Assembly (NCBI GenBank): GCA_035270545.1
Contig: DATFIA010000304.1
Span: forward strand, 1,945-65,944
DNA: 64,000 nucleotides
Direction of reading: 5' to 3'
DNA from: Treponemataceae bacterium
Lineage (GTDB): Bacteria; Spirochaetota; Spirochaetia; Treponematales; Treponemataceae
This document shows, piece after piece, positions 55,604-64,000 of this stretch (positions are counted from its first letter, which is position 1; every line of letters starts with the position of its first letter). The notes under the pieces are model-generated. The model was not told where the DNA came from. It did not search any database and saw only the letters and a program-made list of their open reading frames with translations. Both the position numbers and the translations under genes were made by a program.

Positions 55604-56590
55604 TTATTTTTGATTATCGAGGAGAAGAAATTGAGCTTCAAAAGCCTGAATAAAATCAGGTATTAAATTTGAAATAGTTCCTTCAATACTCAATCCGGAG
55701 GCTTGTTTGTGTCCACCTCCACCAAAATAGGCTGCAATTTGACTAACATCAATTTTATTCTTTGATCTAAATCCAACTGTACAGCGTTCCGGCGATTCTT
55801 GCCTTACAATAACTATTGCTTCCACACCAGAAATACTTTGAATAAGTTGATATAAAATATCAGAATCTCTTCCTTCCAAACCAAATTCTTGTGTGTCTTC
55901 AATTGTTTCCCACGAGATAACAAGTCTTCCTTCATAGTGACGTGTCATTCTGGAAAGAATTCGAGAAATGAGTATTCGAGACCCCCAAGATTTACCTCCA
56001 CTTATTTGAGCAAAAACTTGTTTAGGATTAGCACCCGCATGTATGAGGCGTGCAGTTGCTGCAAATGTTTCAGCACTATTTGAGTCAAGATGACGGAAGA
56101 ATCCTGTGTCAGTGCACAAGCCAAAAAGAAGAAACTCAGCCTCTCTAAGATTAGGGGTATCACCACTTTTTTCGATGAGGGATTGAACTAAAATAGTGGA
56201 GGAAGGAGCAGTGGCATCTATAAAGGTAAAATTAAAATTTGTATCGTTTGTTGCATGATGATCAATTATAGCGATAGGTAGATTTTCCAATCCTACTATT
56301 GCATCTCCAATGCGATCAATTCCAGAACAATCTACAACAATTAATCCTGTTTTAACTATGTTCGATGTATCTGAAATAGAGGAAACAAACAAAGGTTCGT
56401 ATTCTTTAATTTCAGGTCTTTTAAAAGGTCCTGAAGATAAAAGTATTGTCTTTTTCCCTTTTCGTTTAAGCCAAGAATCAAGAGCGAGACAGCTTCCGAT
56501 GCAATCACCATCAGGTTCTTTATGTCCTGCTATAATGTATGTGTCATATTGAGAAAAAAAAGACAAAAAAAGTTCTGTTATCTGTTTCAT
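55604..56590 (-). CDS. nrnA: DHH/DHHA1 phosphoesterase (NrnA-type oligoribonuclease/pAp phosphatase)
   Basis: GHKEPDGDCIGS, IIDHH and GGGH motifs. Confidence 0.88.
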   Translation of the reverse strand: MKQITELFLSFFSQYDTYIIAGHKEPDGDCIGSCLALDSWLKRKGKKTILLSSGPFKRPEIKEYEPLFVSSISDTSNIVKTGLIVVDCSGIDRIGDAIVGLENLPIAIIDHHATNDTNFNFTFIDATAPSSTILVQSLIEKSGDTPNLREAEFLLFGLCTDTGFFRHLDSNSAETFAATARLIHAGANPKQVFAQISGGKSWGSRILISRILSRMTRHYEGRLVISWETIEDTQEFGLEGRDSDILYQLIQSISGVEAIVIVRQESPERCTVGFRSKNKIDVSQIAAYFGGGGHKQASGLSIEGTISNLIPDFIQAFEAQFLLLDNQK

Positions 56591-56597
56591 GTGTTAC

Positions 56598-57773
56598 CTA
56601 TAAAATTAAAAAAGATTCTTGGATTTTTTTTCCGGAAACTACCGGTGTATTATTTAATATATATATATTAATTTCTGATCTGAACCCAAAGGTTTCAAAA
56701 TAAAGTCCAGGTTCAACAGAAAAACAGCTTCCTTCAATAATTTGGCGATAATCGGGAAATTCTACACTATCCAGATTAACACCTGATCCATGGCATTCTC
56801 TATCTATTCCGTGTCCGGTTCTATGGCGTACAGCAGAACTTGGAAATGCAGAAAGAAGAAAGGATCTAACATCTGCATCTATTTCTGCGCCAACAATAGC
56901 AATATTTTGAGCAAAAGCAGTTTGTAATTTGGTAATAACAAGATTTCGAGCATTAATAACACCAGTAAAGGCAGTTTCTACATCTTTAGGAATAGAGGTT
57001 CCACAATATCCAATCCATGAAATATCGGCATATATGCCATTTTTTTGTTTAGCCCATAGATCAAATTGAACGACATCATTTTTTTTGAGGCGGTTTCCTC
57101 TTTTTTTTTCAGTAAACGGTATACCTGGTACTGAATAATGAGGATCTCCAGAAGCTTTTCCTGCTGCAACAATTGGCGGATGATCTGTTATAAGTCCTGT
57201 TTGATTAAATCTTGCAAGCATAAAATCTTGAATATCGCCTTCGTATACGGGATTGTTCTGTAAAAACGCTTTTGTAACTATTTGCCAAGAATCAGAAACA
57301 AGTGTATATAAAATATCTGCTGCAAATTCATGCGTTTTTATATCTTCTGGGGAGAGGGTTCCTTTAATTCTTTGGATGAGTGGGGCAGCGGTACAAGTGA
57401 GAATTTTGGAATCTAAAAGGAGGTTCCAAGAAGAGGCATCCATAGATGAAAGAATTTGTATGTCATGGTCTACTAAAACTGCTGTTTTTTGACCGGCGAA
57501 TAATGCTAGAATAGAAACAAGTTCCACTTTGGTCGAATAAATAATTTTATCACCTTCAAGGGAATCTAAGATTTCTTGTTCTATGCTGTGAACTATTTTT
57601 AGGGGGATTCCATGCGCTGGAATATGATAAAACCAGCGTCTAGATGAAACTGATGTTGAATTTAACAATAATAATGAGTCTGTAAGAGAATCTCTATGTT
57701 GAAAATTGCAAAAAAGCCATCCGTCAAGTTGTTCTTTTTGGATGGCTTTTTGTATCTTTTTAAGATCGTACAT
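56598..57773 (-). CDS. M24-family metallopeptidase (Xaa-Pro aminopeptidase-like)
   Basis: HRTGHGI, EPGLY and the pita-bread C-terminal domain pattern. Confidence 0.85.
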   Translation of the reverse strand: MYDLKKIQKAIQKEQLDGWLFCNFQHRDSLTDSLLLLNSTSVSSRRWFYHIPAHGIPLKIVHSIEQEILDSLEGDKIIYSTKVELVSILALFAGQKTAVLVDHDIQILSSMDASSWNLLLDSKILTCTAAPLIQRIKGTLSPEDIKTHEFAADILYTLVSDSWQIVTKAFLQNNPVYEGDIQDFMLARFNQTGLITDHPPIVAAGKASGDPHYSVPGIPFTEKKRGNRLKKNDVVQFDLWAKQKNGIYADISWIGYCGTSIPKDVETAFTGVINARNLVITKLQTAFAQNIAIVGAEIDADVRSFLLSAFPSSAVRHRTGHGIDRECHGSGVNLDSVEFPDYRQIIEGSCFSVEPGLYFETFGFRSEINIYILNNTPVVSGKKIQESFLIL

Positions 57774-57781
57774 TGATTAAT

Positions 57782-58189
57782 TTAATATTCCAATTTGAAT
57801 GTATCTGAGTCAAATTTATTATCGAATTTAGCACCACTTTGAAGTACACCCCATACTGGATGTTGAATATTTTTTGGAAGATTTAAACGAATATGATCAA
57901 ACTCGCCATTTTTTGTTAAATAACTAAAATAAGGAGTAATGTCTTCCGTTGTTCGGTTCAAAACTGCTCGTAAATCTTTGTGATCAAACCATTTAAGGGG
58001 TATATATGCTTCTCCCGTTTTCAGGTTGCTCCTGCGGTATATAACATAATAGCCAAGCTTATGTGGAAAAACCTTCAAAATAGGCACATTCACATAATAC
58101 AAGTCTGTCTCTTCTGCAGCTGCAGGAAGAATGGCACAAAAACTCAGAATAAGAAAAAGAGAAATTAAAATCTTAGTGACCTTTTTCAT
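57782..58189 (-). CDS. Hypothetical exported protein / possible lipoprotein
   Basis: Signal peptide MKKVTKILISLFLILSFCAILPAAA with a relaxed lipobox-like LSFC. Confidence 0.6.
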   Translation of the reverse strand: MKKVTKILISLFLILSFCAILPAAAEETDLYYVNVPILKVFPHKLGYYVIYRRSNLKTGEAYIPLKWFDHKDLRAVLNRTTEDITPYFSYLTKNGEFDHIRLNLPKNIQHPVWGVLQSGAKFDNKFDSDTFKLEY

Positions 58190-58228
58190 TGTTTAACCTC
58201 CGTGTACTACTGATTATAGTTCTACGCC

Positions 58229-59167
58229 TTATAAAGTTGCAAGCATAATTGCTTTAATGGTGTGTTTCCTGTTTTCTGCCTGGTCCCAAACCTTGCTTTT
58301 GGGGCCTTCTATGACTTCTTCGGTCACTTCTTCACCTTTTACAGCGGGGAGACAATGAAGGAAAATGCAAGAAGGGTTCTCTGTAAGATTCATAAGACTC
58401 GTATTTACCTGATACTGTGAGAGTTCTTGAACTTTTTCATCTCTTCTTAGTTCTTGACCCATTGAAATCCAAACATCGGTGTAGAGTGCATCTGCACCTT
58501 TTACTGCAGAACGATCCGAAGTAATCATAATTTCTGCTCCAGAGTCTTTTGCCCATTCTTTTGCATCAGTAAGTATGTTTGCATCAGGTTGAAGTGTATC
58601 GGGAGAAATAATGGTGCAATGAACTCCAAGTTTTGCACAAATAATGAGAAGGGAATGTGCAACATTATTTTCTCCATCTCCGATATAGCACAGTCGTAAT
58701 CCGGCAATTTTGCCAAAAACTTCCTGCATCGTCATTATATCTGCCAAAGCCTGTGTTGGGTGAAATTGATCTGTGAGTCCATTATATACAGGAACACCTG
58801 CATGACGGGCAAGAATTTCAACCGTGGATTGTTTATAGCCTCTAAACTCAATTGCTGAAAACATTCGACCCAAAACTCGAGCAGTGTCTTCTATCGATTC
58901 TTTTGCACCAAGTTGAATATCTTGAGTTGAAAGAAATACCGGATGTCCACCTTCTTCTCCAAAGGCCGTTTCAAAAGCACAACGCGTACGTGTTGATCTT
59001 TTTTCAAAAATGAGTGCCAGCGTTTTTCCTTGAAAACGCTGGTGTACTTCTTTATTATGAGAAGTTTTTTTTACTTCTTGTGAGATTTGAAGGAGATAGA
59101 GAATTTCTTCTGCTGTCCAGTTTTTAAAATTTACTAAAGATCTTCCTTTGAGTGTAGCCGCATTCAT
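58229..59167 (-). CDS. argF: Ornithine carbamoyltransferase
   Basis: STRTR, HPTQ and HCLP motifs. Confidence 0.93.
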   Translation of the reverse strand: MNAATLKGRSLVNFKNWTAEEILYLLQISQEVKKTSHNKEVHQRFQGKTLALIFEKRSTRTRCAFETAFGEEGGHPVFLSTQDIQLGAKESIEDTARVLGRMFSAIEFRGYKQSTVEILARHAGVPVYNGLTDQFHPTQALADIMTMQEVFGKIAGLRLCYIGDGENNVAHSLLIICAKLGVHCTIISPDTLQPDANILTDAKEWAKDSGAEIMITSDRSAVKGADALYTDVWISMGQELRRDEKVQELSQYQVNTSLMNLTENPSCIFLHCLPAVKGEEVTEEVIEGPKSKVWDQAENRKHTIKAIMLATL

Positions 59168-59226
59168 GGGAAATTACTCCTTTAATGTAAAAACAACCAA
59201 CTTTTGAAAGAAGTTTGGCTGTCTTT

Positions 59227-59255
59227 GCTTTTTATGCATACAAGAGGTATAATAA
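59227..59255 (+). promoter_or_regulatory. Sigma70-type promoter TTGCTT - 17 nt - TATAAT
   Basis: -35 at 59227-59232 and -10 at 59250-59255. Confidence 0.55.
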
Positions 59256-59306
59256 CTACCTGTAGAAACGCTGTCAATGCAGTTTTGTTCAACCTTAGGG
59301 GATGCT

Positions 59307-61724
59307 ATGCTCTTTATCTATGTCGAATTGCGCTACCAGCGCCAATTGAACCGGATTTGTCCTGATATGACCGAAACTTTTTTTTCGTCGGTGGCAGACT
59401 CTGCTTCTCGAAATGGGGGTATTGGAATACGTATCGGTCAAGGTATGGCGTATCAGTTTAAAAATACTTCTGTTGGATATGCTTTTTCAGCATCCCGTTT
59501 TATTTCAGATGTTGAGATTTTACTTGAAAAATTTAAAGATCGTATCAGAGAATATACCGTTTTAGTAGATACTATTTTAGAAAAAGTTTCTATGAGTAAT
59601 TTCTCGGAGCATCTATCCCAGTATGAAACACTCGTGACTCCCGACAAAGGTATATTATTTACTTCTTCTGCACTCGAAATCCTTTCATTATACATTGCTA
59701 CTATTCCTATTTTAGATTCACCTTTTTGTCTGTTTTCAGAGGTAAAAGCAACTGAATCTATTGATCTTGTATCTATGGTTGGTGCGAAAAAATTACAACA
59801 TTACTCACTGTATCTATATGAAAACAGACATGTCCTTTTTTCAATATTTTCGCTTTTCCCTTTAACAAATGATTGTGAGACTTCATTACTTAGTGAAGAA
59901 GAAAGAATTCAATTTGAAGATTCTTTCTATGCTGTAAAGTCTTTTCTTTCGTATCGATTTAATGAACAATCTCCAGATTATCTTATATCTTCTTGCATTG
60001 TATGGCTTGGTTTACGAGTTAAACTCGCTATTTTAAAAAATCAAATTCCTATTAAAATAAGTGTTTTTGGCGATACTCACGATACTGGAGACTTTCTAGC
60101 ATTAATGGATGTTCTTAAATCTCAGTGTAAAATAGAGTATGTTACATCACTAGATTCTCCCCCTTTAGACTTAAAAAATATGCCACAAGATTTAATTGAA
60201 CTTGCATGGCTTGTGTATAGGGCCTCTTCCGTTTTATTTATAGATGAATATTCTGATTTTTTCAGCTTTTTAGGAAAAGAATCCGATTTTATTTCATCTC
60301 TTGGAAATTGGTTGTATTCAAGCGGGATTCTGTTTGACCCCTTCGATTTACGTTCAATTAATCATAGTGTAATAAAAAAAATTGCATTAAAATTAAAAGA
60401 CCGTATTAATGTACTGGATCATATAGTAGCTGATTATGTATGGAAAATGTATCAAAATGGTGAATTGCAACCCGTTAAATCCCTTTATGACACACTTGAA
60501 GACTTACAGTATGAGTTACCAGATTCTTTCAAGGTAAGTTGCCTTTTTCATGATTGCGTTTTACCAACTCAAGAAAACGTGGAGTTATTCAGTTTCAAAA
60601 ATTCTAGCGTCGAGGAAGGGGTAACTCAAATTCGAAAAGCTATTCAAAAATATGAATTATTTGAATATGCTGAGTCTGGTTCACTCGCTCGAGAAGCCTT
60701 ACATAATTTTCAAAGAAATTCAATTCTTAGTGGCGAATATCAAAGTCTTTCATTAATAGCATTATTGTCCTTAGTTAATAACAAAGGTTCGGATGCTGTG
60801 GTTTATTTTGAATATGCTTTAGAAAATGCAGAAAAAATGCATGAACCTCTTAGTATATTACAAACTCGCTTTGATATGGCAATGGTTTATTTTGTTATAG
60901 GTAATTATCATGTAGCCTTATGTACCCTCGATTCTCTCGATAAAATAGTTCAGTCCTCTTTTGCTAAGGATAGAGAAGTACTAATTTTGTTTATGAAAGG
61001 AAGATTATTTTTTGAAATGGGATCGTACAGACAAGCTGAGGTTTTATTTCAGGCTGCAGCAACTCTCGCCTCGGTGTATGGTATTGCCCATAGTATTTCT
61101 TTATGTCGTGTATGGTATGCTAGATCCTTATTGTTTCAAAATAGATTTGCATCTGCAGAAAATATTTTAGTTACTTGCATTGAAATCATTCCTGAAGCTC
61201 ATTTGTTTTTGTGTGAATCTGCATTACTTTCAGGGAGAACCATATCAGAATACTCTCTGCCATCGGAATTACCAAAAATAAATGAAAATATAACCAATAT
61301 ATCTGGATCTTTATTTGGATGGACAAGTGGTTTTGCTAATGTTGAAGATCGCTGTTTTCGCGAACAAGGATCAAAAAATACAGCTGAAAGATTATTTATT
61401 GCTGTTTCTATTTCATACAAAGTACGTTTTTTATCTGGAATAGACTTTTCTTCTGCTATTAATGAACTTTCAGCTTTTGCTCGCAGGGCTGTCGAAATAG
61501 AAGATCCCTATGCATATCAATATTATTATTGGGCTTATGAATTAGGATCAAAAACTGGTGTAATATCTCAAGCAGATCTTTCCTCTTGGTTAAGTAGGGG
61601 TTTTAAGTATCTGCAAAAAAGGGCAAATGAAATTTCTGATAACAGTATGCGTGAACAATTTATGCAAGCACCTGTTTTGAATAGTCGTTTGTATAGAAGC
61701 GCACGAGCAAGCATGCTTATTTAA
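59307..61724 (+). CDS. Large hypothetical protein with TPR-like helical C-terminal half
   Basis: Long clean ORF. ATG 59307 is preferred (AGGGGA 6 nt upstream) over 59277. No catalytic motif recognised. Confidence 0.65.
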   Translation: MLFIYVELRYQRQLNRICPDMTETFFSSVADSASRNGGIGIRIGQGMAYQFKNTSVGYAFSASRFISDVEILLEKFKDRIREYTVLVDTILEKVSMSNFSEHLSQYETLVTPDKGILFTSSALEILSLYIATIPILDSPFCLFSEVKATESIDLVSMVGAKKLQHYSLYLYENRHVLFSIFSLFPLTNDCETSLLSEEERIQFEDSFYAVKSFLSYRFNEQSPDYLISSCIVWLGLRVKLAILKNQIPIKISVFGDTHDTGDFLALMDVLKSQCKIEYVTSLDSPPLDLKNMPQDLIELAWLVYRASSVLFIDEYSDFFSFLGKESDFISSLGNWLYSSGILFDPFDLRSINHSVIKKIALKLKDRINVLDHIVADYVWKMYQNGELQPVKSLYDTLEDLQYELPDSFKVSCLFHDCVLPTQENVELFSFKNSSVEEGVTQIRKAIQKYELFEYAESGSLAREALHNFQRNSILSGEYQSLSLIALLSLVNNKGSDAVVYFEYALENAEKMHEPLSILQTRFDMAMVYFVIGNYHVALCTLDSLDKIVQSSFAKDREVLILFMKGRLFFEMGSYRQAEVLFQAAATLASVYGIAHSISLCRVWYARSLLFQNRFASAENILVTCIEIIPEAHLFLCESALLSGRTISEYSLPSELPKINENITNISGSLFGWTSGFANVEDRCFREQGSKNTAERLFIAVSISYKVRFLSGIDFSSAINELSAFARRAVEIEDPYAYQYYYWAYELGSKTGVISQADLSSWLSRGFKYLQKRANEISDNSMREQFMQAPVLNSRLYRSARASMLI

Positions 61725-61746
61725 GTATGAATTATGAAATTCTATA

Positions 61747-61775
61747 TTGACATAAGTTTTTTCTTTTGTTATTCT
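61747..61775 (+). promoter_or_regulatory. Sigma70-type promoter TTGACA - 17 nt - TATTCT for the tRNA
   Basis: -35 at 61747-61752 and -10 at 61770-61775. The tRNA starts at 61789. Confidence 0.55.
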
Positions 61776-61788
61776 GCCAAGGCGTTAT

Positions 61789-61861
61789 GGCGACATAGCT
61801 CAGTTGGTAGAGCATACGGCTCATATCCGTCAGGTCATAGGTTCAAGCCCTATTGTCGCCA
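61789..61861 (+). tRNA. tRNA with CAT anticodon (elongator Met, or Ile2 after lysidine modification; not initiator-like)
   Basis: GGCGACATAGCTCAGTTGGTAGAGCATACGGCTCATATCCGTCAGGTCATAGGTTCAAGCCCTATTGTCGCCA. Lacks the three G-C pairs expected in an initiator anticodon stem. Confidence 0.88.
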
Positions 61862-61869
61862 ATGTTACA

Positions 61870-61897
61870 GCCCTTCCACATCGGAAGGGCTTTTTTT
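61870..61897 (+). terminator. Rho-independent terminator
   Basis: GCCCTTCC-loop-GGAAGGGC followed by T7. Confidence 0.85.
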
Positions 61898-62726
61898 ATT
61901 CTAAATATACTTTTACATTTTTTAAGCTATAAACTGGTATAAATGGAAAAAGGACCGGTACATGAGAGCGGTATGTTTTATAATCTTCCCGATTTCCATA
62001 TCTCTCTTCTTGTTTTACCTCTAATCTTTTTGTAGACCCCATCATTATTAAAAGAATGCATGACAGAGAAATAATTGATGGGATAATTAACCATAGAGAT
62101 CCAAGATAGGGTAGGCCAGCAATAAAACTTCCTATCCAAACGAGCATTTCGCCAAAATAGTTTGGGCATCGGACAAAAGAAAATAAGCCAACAGTACAAA
62201 AGTCATTTGGATTATGTTTTTTAAAATTATTCTTTTGCCAATCTGCTGTAGCTTCAATAGTAAAACCAAAGATCATAATTATAATTCCACTTATGTTTAT
62301 CACGATAGCTGTTGTTTTGGTTAATAGGGGTGAAAATAATTTTAAATGAGAAATTCCAGACGCAAAAGCTGGTAGTGTCATGGCAACATATAGAATTGAA
62401 ACTCCTATCCAAATAAGGATGAGAGAACTTTTGTTAACTTCACTCTCTCTTTTTTTTACTTCTTCAAGTTCCTTTTTATATTGAATTTTTTTTTCTCGAA
62501 TAAGAATATATGTTCCCAAACGTATTCCATATATAAAAAGAATTAATAATTGTAAATATGTATTCCATTTTGCTTTATCAAATAAAAAGAGTGCATATAC
62601 TGCAACAATACCAGCAATTGAATACCCATAACCAATACTAATAAAATAAACAACTCGAAAGAAACCAGGAAAGGTGATGATAAGGGCAGTTCCTAGAGCA
62701 ATACTAAGATAGTAATATATATTCAT
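61896..62726 (-). CDS. DUF1295 / steroid-5-alpha-reductase-like membrane protein
   Basis: Polytopic membrane protein with the VRCPNYFGEMLVWIG motif. Confidence 0.8.
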   Translation of the reverse strand: MNIYYYLSIALGTALIITFPGFFRVVYFISIGYGYSIAGIVAVYALFLFDKAKWNTYLQLLILFIYGIRLGTYILIREKKIQYKKELEEVKKRESEVNKSSLILIWIGVSILYVAMTLPAFASGISHLKLFSPLLTKTTAIVINISGIIIMIFGFTIEATADWQKNNFKKHNPNDFCTVGLFSFVRCPNYFGEMLVWIGSFIAGLPYLGSLWLIIPSIISLSCILLIMMGSTKRLEVKQEERYGNREDYKTYRSHVPVLFPFIPVYSLKNVKVYLE

Positions 62727-62762
62727 ACATATCAGTATAAATTGGTTTTAAATTAAAACAAT

Positions 62763-62798
62763 AAAAAAAAACTGCCTGACAAAAAAATGCCAGACAGT
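62763..62798 (-). terminator. Rho-independent terminator after ferritin
   Basis: 10-bp stem with two G.U pairs valid only in the minus-strand RNA, followed by a U8 run. Confidence 0.75.
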
Positions 62799-62829
62799 CC
62801 TTAAAGAATAAACGTATAGATTCTGTCTT

Positions 62830-63324
62830 TTAGTCTTCTTTTCTTCCACCGAGATACTTATCAAGTTGCATTAGTCCAAAATTTGTACCACCAGACATTT
62901 CTAGATTATCTAGAATATCTCGAGCATTTTTTTCTTCTTCAACTTGTTCAGTAATAAACCAGTTAAGCATTATTTCTGTTTTTGGATCTTTCTCAGCTTT
63001 TGAGAGCTCGTAAATAGCATTAATTGAAGAGGTTACATACTGTTCGTGCTCATGAACCATTTCAATTATTTCTTTTACTGTTCCAAATTTCATCGGGGGT
63101 TGCTTAATTTCTGCAAGTTCCACTTCTGATCCTACCTCATAAAGGTATTCATAGAACTTCATTCCATGTTCCCATTCTTCTGCAGATTGTAATTTCATCC
63201 AATGTGCAAAGCCAGGAAGTGCTTTTGCGTCAAAATGTGCTGCCATTGCAAGATACAGATACGAAGAATAAAACTCTTTGTTGATCTGATCGTTTATTGC
63301 TTTTTTTATTTTTTCGGATACCAT
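62830..63324 (-). CDS. ftn: Non-haem ferritin
   Basis: INDQINKEFYSSYLYLAMAAHF and SAEEWEHGMKF ferroxidase-centre residues. ATG 63324 lies 6 nt after GAGGAGG. Confidence 0.92.
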   Translation of the reverse strand: MVSEKIKKAINDQINKEFYSSYLYLAMAAHFDAKALPGFAHWMKLQSAEEWEHGMKFYEYLYEVGSEVELAEIKQPPMKFGTVKEIIEMVHEHEQYVTSSINAIYELSKAEKDPKTEIMLNWFITEQVEEEKNARDILDNLEMSGGTNFGLMQLDKYLGGRKED

Positions 63325-63342
63325 TGTAATCCTCCTCAAACA

Positions 63343-63371
63343 ATTATACGCATTAACTAATCTATGGTCAA
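63343..63371 (-). promoter_or_regulatory. Near-consensus sigma70 promoter TTGACC - 17 nt - TATAAT for ftn
   Basis: -35 at 63366-63371 and -10 at 63343-63348 (minus-strand sense). Confidence 0.65.
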
Positions 63372-63497
63372 ATTTATTAAATATGTATTTCATCGCCATA
63401 GCACGGATATTTTTAACTTAATAAAGAATGTCATTATGGCGGTGTGTACTGTATATTATGGCGCAGCAAAAATACTCAATAAATAGATCGTCTTAGT

Positions 63498-63653
63498 TTA
63501 TGCTTCCCCGTTAAAGCAAGGTTCATCCGGATCTTCTATGCGAGAAGATTCTGGATCAAAAGCTTTGTTGCATACCGGTATATGACCGGGATTTGCTGGA
63601 ACTATTTCTGGCTCATTGTTTTGTGTCTTTGCTGTGTTTTCTTTTTCTGACAT
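63498..63653 (-). CDS. Hypothetical small acidic protein (51 aa, two Cys)
   Basis: ATG 63653 preceded by AGGAG. Encodes MSEKENTAKTQNNEPEIVPANPGHIPVCNKAFDPESSRIEDPDEPCFNGEA. Below the ORF-track cutoff. Confidence 0.4.
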   Translation of the reverse strand: MSEKENTAKTQNNEPEIVPANPGHIPVCNKAFDPESSRIEDPDEPCFNGEA

Positions 63654-63824
63654 AAAAATACTCCTAGTTTAATAAAGTGGATCCCTATCTATGATACCTC
63701 TGAAATCGCAAAAAGAAAAGTATACTGGCCCAAAATTATTTAATAGTAGGTTCCTTTGCTTTGATTTTCTTTAGTTTTAAGGAACAATCTTTGTTTTTTA
63801 CCTTTTTTGGAGTATTCTATTACT

Positions 63825-64000
63825 ATGTTTAAAAGTGTTTTGAAACGGATTGAAGAAGTAGGACGATTTTTTGATTTTCTCAGACAAGTATTGGTTAGTT
63901 CAACTAAACGGCCATTTCGGTTTTCTTTGTATCTTGCTGAAATAGAACATATTGGTATTGAATCTATTCCTGTTATTATTCTTTCTGGACTGGCAATCGG
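63825..64000 (+). CDS. mlaE: MlaE-family ABC transporter permease, N-terminal part (3' end outside window)
   Basis: MFKSVLKRIEEVGRFFDFLRQVLVSSTKRPFRFSLYLAEIEHIGIESIPVIILSGLAI matches the conserved MlaE/YrbE N-terminus. Confidence 0.7.
   Translation, partial: MFKSVLKRIEEVGRFFDFLRQVLVSSTKRPFRFSLYLAEIEHIGIESIPVIILSGLAI

Noticed and set aside
1-64000. Scanned for CRISPR arrays, transposases or integrases, phage genes, toxin-antitoxin pairs, restriction-modification and other defence systems, and rRNA genes.
   Set aside because: I found no regularly spaced direct repeats, no recombinase, nuclease or TA-like small gene pairs, and no rRNA-like sequence. The window reads as core chromosome.

Overview
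AT-rich, tightly packed bacterial chromosomal segment with many 1-4 nt start/stop overlaps and several convergent gene pairs whose stops touch or overlap. The gene content looks like a spirochaete, probably Treponema-like: FlaB-type core flagellins starting MVINHN, FlaG-FliD, FlgN-FlgK-FlgL-FliW-CsrA, a long multi-TM signal peptidase I, HflK/HflC, glycolipid glycosyltransferases, and HD-GYP and PilZ proteins. That taxonomic call is inference from recognition only. I call about 62 protein-coding genes, including two short ORFs absent from the supplied track. I also call 6 tRNAs (Gly-GCC, Leu-TAG, Lys-CTT, Arg-TCG and His-GTG on the minus strand; one CAT-anticodon tRNA on the plus strand), about 11 terminator-type hairpins and several promoters. 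Region 0-38 kb is housekeeping: MFS, DUF554, an orphan sugar ABC ATPase, RNase II-like, lysC-dapB, two miaA-type genes, tatD, class I fumarase, lepB, hflKC, rpoZ, dxs-folP-cdaA-cdaR-acpS-DUF2225-truA, priA, glycosyltransferases, a DEAD-box helicase and tig-clpP-clpX. Region 39.8-53.1 kb is a flagellar filament supercluster. On the plus strand a sigma28-like promoter precedes flgN-flgK-flgL-fliW-csrA. On the minus strand lie two flaB genes and flaG-fliD-orf196-PilZ-orf86-tsaE-tsaB-HD-GYP. Region 53-64 kb holds a methyltransferase, rdgB, an atypical sigma-like protein, nrnA, an M24 peptidase, argF, a large TPR-like protein, a DUF1295 protein, ferritin and the start of mlaE. I saw no CRISPR array, transposase, integrase, prophage or recognisable defence island, so I cannot claim a convincing wholly new multi-gene system. 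The best leads for new biology are these. (i) The flaB, flaB and flaG-fliD leaders share the same CsrA-type architecture, a GGA-loop hairpin plus a GGA-containing SD. (ii) An uncharacterised three-gene module with a membrane-anchored PilZ protein sits directly behind fliD, where fliS usually sits. (iii) An unannotated 29-codon bS22-like ORF is followed by a structured region and a strong terminator just before an SD-less dxs. (iv) A sigma-like protein with a long insert lies downstream of an ATTCAACC repeat/palindrome array. (v) Candidate leaderless mRNAs exist for rpoZ and tatD. Everything was read by eye; no database search, HMM or folding computation was run, and boundaries of regulatory elements are approximate.
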